A DNA stretch of 64,000 nt, taken from NCBI GenBank assembly GCA_010093995.1, contig ML992504.1, positions 744,001 to 808,000 of the forward strand. The letters are read 5' to 3'. How positions within the stretch are numbered: position 1 is the first letter of the stretch; each line of letters starts with the position of its first letter. Of this stretch, positions 35,722-46,133 are shown one piece after another. The position numbers and the translations under genes were made by a program. This DNA is from Elsinoe ampelina (taxonomy: Eukaryota). The notes under the pieces are model-generated. The model was given only the letters and a program-made list of their open reading frames with translations, was not told where the DNA came from and made no database searches.

Positions 35722-36742
35722 ATGCCCAACGATGACACTTCCACCACCGAAACTGGGTCTTCCAGACCCGTTCAGGTCTCGCGTAAGTCCCACGGGAGCT
35801 GGACCGACATCTTCGCGCTCCCGCGCCCCTTGAGAGAGCTCTTCTCCAAATTTCCTCTCATCACCTACGCAGCCAACGAGCTCCCATCGCGAAGCCCTAA
35901 ACATCAAGACAAGCATGCGCTGTACATCTTCGCGACTCCCGAAGGTGCGAAGAACAACGAGCCCTCCTATAACCCGACCTGCCTGAAATGGCAAACCTAC
36001 CTCAAGCTCCGCGGCATCGACTTTGTCCCCATCGCATCCAACAACCACGCCTCACCGAGCGGATCCCTGCCGTTCATCCTACCAGCGCCTTCCCAATCGC
36101 AAGGCAGCAAGACCTTCTCCTCTTCGCCCGTCCCAGCATCCAAGATCCGGCGCTGGGTCGACGACCAGGTCCCTTCTTCCACAGCCCAAAGCAGCATGAA
36201 AGAAGACATCTACCTCTCCCTGCTAGACCATCGCCTCCGTCGCGCATGGGTACGTCTCCTTCTCCCCCCTCCCCCGTCCCCGTCTGCATACTAACCCTTC
36301 CCAGCTGCACCAACTCTACCTCTCCCCCCCCAACACCCCCCTCCTCACACACCTCTACTGCCACACCTCCCTCTCCCCGCTCATCACCCGCTCCACCCTC
36401 GCCTCCCTGCGCGCCGCCGCCTCCGACGAAATCAGCAAATCCTCCCCCACCGCGTCCGTCTCCGAAATCGCCCTGCAAGAAGAAGGCTACGCTGCGCTCG
36501 ACGCACTGGATGAGTTATTGGGGAAGGACGAGTGGTTCTTCGGCGCAAAGGAGCCGGGGGTGTTTGATGCGGCGGTGTTTGCTTATACGCATTTGTTGCT
36601 TGAGGAGGAGTTGGGTGGGGGAGGGGAGGGAGGGGTGGGGCAGGGGTGGGGTTGGAATGGGCTTGGGGGACATCTGAAGGGGAAAAGGGGGTTGGTGGGG
36701 CATAGGAGGAGGGTGTGGAGGAGGGCGTTTGGAGGGAGGTGA
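35722..36742 (+). CDS. SAM35: Sam35/metaxin-like mitochondrial outer membrane protein (GST-like fold)
   Basis: LFSKFPLITY.NELP.R, PSYNPTCLKWQTYLK..SNNHASPSGSLPFI, intron 36250-36304, then EWFFGAKEPGVFDAAVFAYTHLLL. Confidence 0.88.
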
Positions 36743-36981
36743 TGAGGGGGAGGAGAGGGGCATGGCAGGGGAGGTATAGGGAGGGTGGAAGTAGAAGAAG
36801 AAGAAGGGAGAAGAGACAGGGAGAGAGCAAGCAGGAGAGCAGGACAGGTTGGGTACAGGATACGCATTCACACCACCAGGTTTGATCGTGTACATCGTCA
36901 TCGTCAGCAAGACACTCCCATCCCCCTCTCGTCAACACCTCGCTATGCTCCCCTTCCCCTCGCCCTCCACGCATGAACACC

Positions 36982-37708
36982 CTACTGCTCCACAGCAAAA
37001 ACATCAAACTTCCTCCCCCTCACATCCTCCTCCTCCTCCCCATCCAAAGTCTCCAACTTGCCCTGCTTCAAATCGTAAATCAACCCATGCAGCTGCAGCC
37101 CCCTCTTCCTCACCGCCTCAATCACCGTGGGGTTCATCTTGAGCACCTCCAGACTATTCAACACATTCAACTCGCTCAACTTCCTCACCTTGTCCTCCCC
37201 CGCCGCCTCGAGCTCCTTCCCGTGCTCGAACCGCAGCTGCTTGATAGGCTGCAACCACATGTCCAACACGCCCAGGCTCTTGTTCGCCAGAGCGGCCTGC
37301 ACGCCGCCGCAGCTCGTGTGCCCGCAGACGACGGCGTGTTCGACCTTGAGGTGCGCGACGGCGAACTCGATGACGGAGAGGGACGAGAGGTCCGAGGGGG
37401 AGAGGACGTTGGCGATGTTGCGGTGCACGAAGACGTCGCCGGGTTTCAGGTTGAGGATTTGTTCGGCGGGGATGCGGGAGTCGGAGCACCCGATCCAGAG
37501 GATCTTGGGGGATTGGCCTTTGGAGAGGTTCTCGAAGATGTGGGGGTCGTTCTTTTGTTGGATGGCGCGCCATTCGGCGTGGCCGGCTAGGGCGCGGGTG
37601 AAGGCGTCTGGGAGGGAGAGGGTTAGGTGGAGGGAATGGGGCAGAGGGGAGGAGGAGTGTACCGTTGTTGGAGCCTGAGGTCATTCTGGCGAGGGTGCGG
37701 CGGAACAT
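36982..37708 (-). CDS. Beta-class carbonic anhydrase (223 aa from the first ATG)
   Basis: Exon 1 is 37708-37663, intron 37662-37608. Then GQSPKILWIGCSDSRIP..PGDVFVHRNIAN..VVCGHTSCGGV, giving the Cys/His/Cys zinc ligands. Confidence 0.95.
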
Positions 37709-38703
37709 GCGAGGTGGGAGGGACAGTGGTGTGGCGGGGTTTGTACTTGTACGGGGAATTGGTCGCGGGGTGGAAGATGGGGATTGGCTGGTGACGGTCA
37801 ATTGAGTGGTAGGTAGTCGGTGAAAAGACAAATTGAAGAGATAGAAATGCGACCTCGAACCCCAAGGCCGGTGCGAGGCTTGGTGGGACTGTCTGTCGAG
37901 CTCCAACCACGCTGGGCTAGCTTGGCCGGATCTTGTGTGATGAGCGTGATCAGTTGTGCTTGATTGCTTGCGATCGGCTGAATGGCTGCACAGGACTGGT
38001 GGACTTGTCAGGGAAGCTTACGTTTCTCAATCGTTCCTGTAGATCGCGCTGGTTGTGATAAGCAAAGAAAAGTTGAGAGCTGTGGTGGGACCGCGAGGGG
38101 GAGCTTGGACGGTGGTTGTTGAGAAAGGCTTCGGCTGGCAGGTGGCCCCGGGAAGTTTATCGCATTGCATCGTAAGGAAGACGCTGTCGTTCGACGATAG
38201 CATCCATCTGCATACTCGATACTGCTATCACTCTTGGTCAGTGAGCTCTGGAAGTTGACATGATTTCTCCGCGGAGCTAATCGCCATCCACGCTCGAGCA
38301 GAGGAGAAGACACGCTCATGCCACGATGACGGCACAGGTCGGTAAAGGTCCGAGTGCCGAATTCACTCAACCAGGGCTGGGTCGTTTAAACAAAACCCTG
38401 GGCCCGGTTCGGCCTGTGGTTGGTCAAGCATTCCAAGTCCTTGGGTCCAAATTTTTGACCATCTCCGCATCGATTGTGGAGCGGTCGGAAATCAAGGCAT
38501 CCAACGCATCGGTCCAGGTTCAGGACTTTCTCTCGGTTCAAAGACATACACATTGATCGTTCTGGTTGCTAGTCTTGCTTCATCAATCGTGCGCCAGCCC
38601 ATGACTTCGTGACACCGTCTCTCGGCGTGTGCTGTTGACCGCCAAAGACGTGATATCTGACCTATCCGAAATGCAACGCCTCTCAACCCGCTGCTGCTAT
38701 CCA

Positions 38704-41389
38704 TCAATCCGTCTCGGTGAAGAACTTGCTCGCTTCAATCAGATCCTCATCCCCATTCGCAAAGTCCCATCCAACAATGACTTTGTTCTGTGAACAGCAC
38801 ACTATACGACGTGTGTCGAATTGCAGCTTGAATACCCTGTTGCTGCTTTCCTCCGCTCCTTGATTCATCCTTCGCATGCCATGCTGCTGCTGTTGTAGAT
38901 TTTGATGCTGTAGAAGCTGCCGCTGTTGAGCGATTTGTTGCGCATGTATTGCCACATTGCCTGCGTGTCCGGCCTGTGGGACATGGTGGTGGTGATGGTG
39001 GACATGTTGACCTTGTTGAAGTCGAGGGTGTACGTGAACTGGAGGAGGCTGGCCGCCCATGCCCCCAGCAGCTGCTTGTCCTTGATTCTGAACCTGCCCC
39101 TGAGCCCGACCTTGTGCCTGATTTTGCTGCTGGTTGGCTGCGCCGCCACCCTGTGGGGCTGCTTGTTGCGCTGGCTGCTGGTGCTGGCCTGCATTGGCGT
39201 GACCATGTCCACCTCCTGGCGGCACAGGTCCTCGTTGCTGGCGATTGTTTCGGTGACGCTGAAGCGCGAGGACTTCGTCCTGGTGCAATCGTCTGCTTGC
39301 AATCCATTTGCCGTCCGAGTCCTTCTTCCAGATGATGACTGTTTCATCGTAAGAACCTGACACAATACGACTCCAGCGACTGCCACCGCCTCCATGTGGG
39401 ATTTTAGCATTCAGTGATCGAAGATTGGACATGGTGTCAAGCCCATTGCGGGCCAGAGAAGTACCCGCTCGGTTGTGCATATCATCAACCTGGCGCAGCA
39501 TCCTATCCTGCGTCTGTCTCGCCAACGCCTCCAGCTCATCGTCCGTGACCTGCCTGTCACCAAAGCGAGCCTGCAGGGTTCGCACCAGATTAGAGTGACC
39601 GTGTAGGCATGCAACCTCTCCCTTTGTTGAAGCATCAAAGATTCTGACCGTGTTGTCACTACTTCCGCTGACGACTCTTCGACCATCAAATTGTACGCAG
39701 GCAATACCTTTGACGTGTCCATTGATCTCGCGAATGCACTCTCCGGTCTTGATGTTCCACATCCGAATGGTGCGGTCGCCAGACGCAGATACAATTGTGT
39801 CCTCGTAGATTTGAATAGCGTTGACTGCCGCACCATGACCTCTCAACGAGCTCAGCAGACTGAACGGTTCAAGGTCCACTTTGGCATCTGGTGGAAACTG
39901 CTGATGTGCCATGTTTGGGACGATCGGGTCGTCAGACCTCAATTTACGCCGGTTCCAGATCTTGATCGTCTTGTCCTTGGAGCAAGTGATCAGGTAGCGA
40001 CTATCAAAGCGCAGATTCAGAACAGATTCGCGATGCGCCGTAGTCATTTTGTGAACCACTTCACCCGTCGAGAACTTCCAGATCACCACGTACGAGTCTG
40101 AGCCGCCAGAGACAACGATATCTTCACTCGGATCAGGGTCGAACTGCAGACACAGTACCGATTGCTCATGCTGCTTGTCCAGTGTGCGCTCACATCGCAG
40201 AGTGTCCAGATTCCAGATCTTTATTGACTTGTCGCGACTGCCACTGACGAGATAATTCTTGACAAATTGAATTGTGTAAACGCATTCCTCGTGCATCTCG
40301 TCAGGGTATGAAGGATGAGGCAGCTGGAAGTTCTTGTATCGGCCTTCGTTCCAGTTGCTTTCGAGCTTTCTACGCTGCTTGTAGAGGTAGTGCCAATTTA
40401 TTGACTTGTGGCCGGGTAGTCCCACAGTTACTGGCGGTGTTAGTGGAGGGTTTAGCTCGTAATTACTCCGGTGTGCTTCGAGATTGTCTTCTTGCAGGGG
40501 AGGTCCGTCGTAGGGCGTCCTTGATCCGCTCGATGCTGGTGACAAACTGGCGAGATCCTCCATGTCTGCAAGCGTCGACCGACCGACTGTGCTGCTTTCC
40601 ACTCCCTCCATCTGATTGTCATCATCGGTCTCGGGGCGACCGTGTTGCTCATTCCATGTCTGTGTATCGCGGACATCATCTGACGCCTGGCGAGAAGAAC
40701 TTGCATCTCTTTGTCGTTTCCTGCTCTTTCTCGCATCCGCTGAAGCATCAAACTTTCTGCGATGACTCCGTAGGCTGTCGTCTGAAATTCTGTTGTCCAG
40801 CTTCAGGCGCGCCTGAATAGCGTCCAGGTCGACCATCCATCCCTCACGCAGAAACAGAGCTTTCCAGAGAGGAGTGTCAAGAGCCATCATCCTCCACTTG
40901 CGCGATGTCATAGAGCAGTGGACGACGTCCAGAGCCCCAAGATTCATCATGATCAATTCATTGAGCTCAGCAGGTAGCTTGTCCGCGGGATTGATGTGAA
41001 GGCGGTACCGCATGGCTTCGAAGATGTGCGCAATAGCTGAGGTCGGAAGCGATTCGAGAGCATTTTTTATAACATCTCTGTGTGTCAGTGGAGGATAGTG
41101 TGCTGTGATGGACTCGCTCACCCGCTTTGTGTTCAGCTGCTAAGCTGTCCGTCAATTGAGAAAATACCTTGAATCGCTCAACATCCGACAGTGACTTGAC
41201 CAGACCAGCCAGATCCGAGTCGCGCTGTGGCCCTGACATGGCGATAAGCTGTGTCTGCCCTTGTGAAATTCCATCGTCGGTATCTTCATCATCCAGCTGC
41301 ATTTGCCCATCGCTCTCGTGAGAAGGGTCAGGGCCCTCAGAATAACCTTCGTCTGGACGCGGACGCGTGTGTTGTGGTATCGATTCCAT
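38704..41389 (-). CDS. fwd-1: F-box/WD40 protein, FWD-1/beta-TrCP type SCF substrate receptor
   Basis: F-box LPAELNELIMMNL..SRKW, NWHYLYKQRRKLESNWNEGRYKNFQLP, WD repeats (HEECVYTIQF, SVLCLQFD, GHGAAVNAIQ, GHVKGIACVQFD) and a terminal RVFKLQFDTRRIVCCSQ. The N-terminal exon from ATG 41389 joins through an intron near 41121-41076 whose acceptor is ambiguous. Confidence 0.9.
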
Positions 41390-42520
41390 GATGTCTCACC
41401 AAGCTAGCAGTGCTTGTAAGCTAGTGAAGTGATCGTCCAACGTGAATTCGCTGTTGATCTTCAGGCAGATGTGAAGATGTAATGATGACCGCGTCGAGCT
41501 TCCCATTCACTTCAGCTGATTCCAGCTCCTGTCAGGTCTTTGCAAAGATTCAGCCAGCATCAGACACAGTATGGCTCTTCCAGCTCTTAGTTGCTACGCG
41601 TCGACGAGCGTGAGTAAGCTACCCCACTGACGTCGTTGAGGATGTTTCGCTTCTGCGTATCCCCGCGTAGAGCTGACCAGTGACGTTGGGTTGAGGGTAC
41701 AGAATAGCCTTTTGTCCTTCTGTGAAAGCGCTGTAATGTTGCAACGGTAGGCGAACGGTTCGTCCTGAAATCGTAGAATGTTCCAGATAAGGCGAGACAA
41801 ATGGTGGGATGTGTGTAGGATGGCTGATGTTGTTGATGGCTGTAGAGCTTTATAGATTACGATGCGACGGGCACCTGAAGGGTAAAGTCGCACGCGTGCT
41901 GCTCTCATCAAGATGAGCTTGTGACGACGGGCGCGGATGGACAAACAATTGCTGTTTAGAGTAAAAGAGGCAGCTTCTCAGCAAATGTCAGCTCTGCTGG
42001 AGGCCAGTGAGGGCCAACTGATCGCACTAGCAGCCGTTGACGGATGGCTCGTGCAGCCTCGAGAAGCTCAATGCAGGGCCCGATCGGGCACTAGCCCGAA
42101 TGTTTCCTCGATGGCGATTGGCCCAGATCGTTTTCTCTGGCTGCTTCGACTGCTTCCGTGCGTTCTCTTGCTTCTGCGCTTCTCAAACAACCGCCCATAC
42201 ACTCTTGGGCGCAACACCCTGCATCAACCTTCACTCTGCGTTGCATACACACCGCCGTCCACCACCTCCCGTCATCACCGACTCCCGCAGACGACCACCA
42301 CTTTCGCTTCATTTGCCTGGTGCGGTTGGGTTCTCAGATGCCCGGCTCTTGACACCCCTGTCATTTCGCTGAGCGCGACCCGCTGCGCGGAGTTGGCGTT
42401 TCCAGCCCACAATCCACCCCAGCACCCACCCTATTTCGATCCGCGCCAAGTCGTCGCAGCGCTTCCTATCGGTCGCATCTGTCCCGCTCTGTTGAGTCTC
42501 GAGAGCAGAAAGAGTAGAAG

Positions 42521-45500
42521 ATGGATGGAGGAGGAGTACATGTTCCAGTAGCAAGAGCATTCAACACACACTCGCCAATGTCGTTTGGAAACTCAAGGCT
42601 TCACTCGGCCGGGGGGGCTTCCCTCGTCCACCAGCAGGCGCATACGAGCTCATCCTACTCAATTCAATCGCACCAGTCTTCGAGACTGTCAGATGCAACC
42701 ACTTTGACTCAGCAGACATCGGCCTCGACTTTGTTTCACCCTCCCTCGGCCCCGACCCCGGAACCGAGCAATGTGCGACCGGGCCAGAATGTCATGAATG
42801 CGGTCGGAGAAAAGGAGCAATCACTCTTTCAAATATGTCTTATCCTTCGACAACGATTGAGCGGCGTACCTGGTTTTGACGCCATTCTAGAAGAGGAAGA
42901 GCAGAGTGCGGATGAAGACACAGATCCCGTGACTCTGCTATGGAGGACTTTCCGGAGGGGTTACCCTCTTATGGCTATCTACAACGTGTTGCGACCGGAC
43001 AAGCCTCTCCAGCCGGACGTCACAAATATGAACGATGTGAAAAAGGCCAAAAGCATGACATTCAAGTTCATCAATGCCTGTTTGAACGAGCTTGGCTTCA
43101 AAGTAGAGAACTGCTTCATTTTGCTGGATCTGTTTGGAGACGATACTACTGGATTTGTCCGTGTGACCCGGATGGTGACCCGTCTGCTGGATATGGGAGT
43201 CGAGCGAAACGTCATCGAAGACACCCGACGGGATAGTGCTGAGCCATATGAAGGCAGCACAGCCGGGAAACGAAGTCAAAGACAGCACATTGTTGACGAA
43301 CTCGTCAATACCGAGCGAACGTACGTCCAGCATCTCGAGATGCTCCAGGACTTCCAATCACAATGCCAGAAGACTGGAGTCATTCCAGGAGACGTCATCC
43401 ACCAGATCTTCCTCAACCTCAACGCTCTTCTCGATTTCCAGCGCAGATTCCTCATTCGGGTAGAACAGATCAACGCACAGCCCGAGAATGAGCAGAACTG
43501 GGGCAAGCTGTTCGTGCTCTACAATGATGCCTTTTCAATTTACGAGCCATACATCACGAATCAAAAGCAGTGCGAGGCTACCGTCATGCGCGAATTTGAC
43601 AAGCTGAAGATGGCTGGAGGTTCAGCGACTCTTCAAGGAATCGTGGCCAACCCGTCGACTCTCTATAGTTTCCTCATGAAGCCATTCCAGCGACTGTCAA
43701 AATACCCGCTTCTCCTCAACGAACTCTATAAGAAGGGTGATCTGGACGAGGAGCGAAAGGCAGATCTTCTCATCGGTAAAGACTGCGCGACAGCTGTCCT
43801 CTCACGCACAAACGCTGCCATGGAAAGGGAAGATAGATTTGCTATCGTAGATGAGCTGAGTGGCCGTGTCGAAGATTGGAAGGGACACAAGGTTGAGCAA
43901 TTTGGCGAGCTTCTTCTTTTCGGGACTTTCACGGTGATCAAGAGCGACAGTGGAGTGTCAAAGGATTCAGAACGAGAGGTTCGTTTACTACTGAAATGCT
44001 AAGATGCAGTCCGCTAACCAGTGATAGTACCATGTGTACTTCTTCGAGTCGATACTTCTCTGCTGCAAAGACATTGACCCTAACAAGGCCAAAAACAAGA
44101 TGAAGGGCAAACCGCTTGTGGACAAGAAAGGGAAGCCCAAATTACAGCTCAAGGGCCGGATTTTCATGCAGAATGTGACCGATGTTGTCAGCGCGACCAA
44201 GCAAGGTATGCAGTCTCTTGTCTGCTCCGGTGGTTCAGCAACTTACACCTCACTAGGTTCACACGCATGTCAGATCTTCTGGAAGGGCGATCCCGGCATC
44301 GAGAACTTCACCATTCGGTTCTTAACCGAAGATCTTATGCAGAAGTGGTATCAGAAGCTGGTCGAGCAGAAGAAGCTTTTGCACGATCTGCACTCGAGCC
44401 AAAACAATCACCGACACACGACCACATCTCAAACAGAGTTCATCTCGATGCAAGGTCAAGGTCAAATCGAGAACCCATACAAACAAGATGAGGACGACGA
44501 GGAGGGTGACGACCTTGATCTTAACGCCATGCTCACGAACGAATCGTACAACAAGAACCATCCGACCATGTCCGAGTTCTTCTCGGGCTCGAATCAATCC
44601 CAAACGAGCATTCGGTCAAGATCAGCTACCGGTGAGAGCCAAAATGGAGGACATGGACGTATGCCACCACCCCGACTACCGCCGGGATCGATCCAAAACT
44701 CGGCACTATCTCTCAGAACTCAGCACATGTCCGGTACAATGTCTCCATCGGAACGCTTCGCCGGTGATTCATACTTCTCCCCGGTCGAGGAATCACCCAT
44801 GTCATCTCGCGCTAGCAATGCCTCTGGCATGTACTTTCCTCGACAAGGACATCAATCAGAAGGCGGATTCCATCACGCTCCATACCGGTCGTCTTCTCGT
44901 GAAGGTATGAACCAAGGCTACCCATCAAGTGCCCGCCAGCGCCCGCAATACACCTCTGGACCCGCTCCGAGCATGCCTGGTGGATTCGCCCCGACTGCTG
45001 GTAGAAACCGGTCGATCTCGAGTCCTTCGATCAACGAGGCGCAGCGACGTGCCATGGAAAACAACAGACCGCCACTGCCAGAAGGCGGAATTCCAGCACA
45101 TCTTCAACAGCCACCGCAGATTCACCGCACACAGTCGAATTCACCTCATATGGCCGGTGGTATTGATGATCGGATGGGTGCGCCATCACCTTCAATTCGT
45201 GGCTATTCCAATTCACCATCGATCGGTGGTTATCCATCACGGAACGCCACTCCTACACAATATGGCTCGAGTACACCGTCTTTGGGACCATCGACGCCGA
45301 CAATGTCTCATGACAGTACACCACCATCACAGCTCAAGGTCAAGGTACACGCGACTGCTGCCGGTCAAGTACTGACACTGGTCGTACCGAGCAACATTGC
45401 ATATCAGTCACTCAAGGACCGTATTGATGCCAAGCTGCAGCGAAGCACAAACATCAGTCTCACGGACCGGGGCGCAGGCAACCACGTCAAGTTAAAATAC

Positions 45501-45626
45501 TTGGACGAGGACGACTACGTAAATATCGGAAGCGACGAAGACGTCCAAACCGCCTTCGAAACATGGCGAGAACAAAGAGGAGAGGGTGTGAACGGGCTTG
45601 GGGAGATCGAGCTCTTCTGCCAATAA
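42521..45626 (+). CDS. CDC24: Cdc42 guanine nucleotide exchange factor (CH-DH-PH-PB1)
   Basis: CH region DPVTLLWRTFRRGYPL, DH region ELVNTERTYVQHLE..LMKPFQRLSKYPLLL, PH region LQLKGRIFMQNV, PB1 region LKVKV..KLKYLDEDDYVNIGSDEDVQTAF. Introns 43979-44027 and 44206-44256. Confidence 0.96.
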
Positions 45627-46133
45627 GGCAGGGCATACATTCATAGCACGGAGACCGATGGACACACATCACTACCACACAACCATTCATATCCAAACAA
45701 ACACAATTGGAGAACATCAAGCGGCACAGCCTGCTCATTGCATTGGATGGAGCTCAGGATCACCGGCGCAGAACGAGGCGTTCTATGGAGAGAACATTGG
45801 AAACTCCCGTTTTCTGCTTTTTTTTTTTACGAAAGTCATGAATCTTGGGATGGCGTTGTGTCGGCGTTCTATATTTACAAAGAAGATGGGGGCATACTTA
45901 GACTTTCTTGCTTTGACAAGCTTTGATTGATTGGCGATGATGGGATGAGGGTCGAGGGAATAGTAGGTGGATGTATGAAGGCAGAGCAATCTATCTTCGT
46001 ATCATAAGTGTCTGTGTCTATGCTGTGTATATATATTTGTGCCTTTGACATGCTGCTGGCAAACACGAGCACAGACAGTACTCCCTTTGTGAACATATGG
46101 CTGGTCATGTGAGCACTTCTTGACCCTCCCTTG

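Noticed and set aside
36973..37906. ORFs 36973-37590 (+) and 37154-37906 (-)
   Set aside because: Antisense and alternative-frame shadows of carbonic anhydrase.
41076..41167. Stwintron (nested intron) explanation for the fwd-1 junction
   Set aside because: Removing 41121-41078 first and then splicing from 41167 still gives ATG TTA TAA, out of frame.
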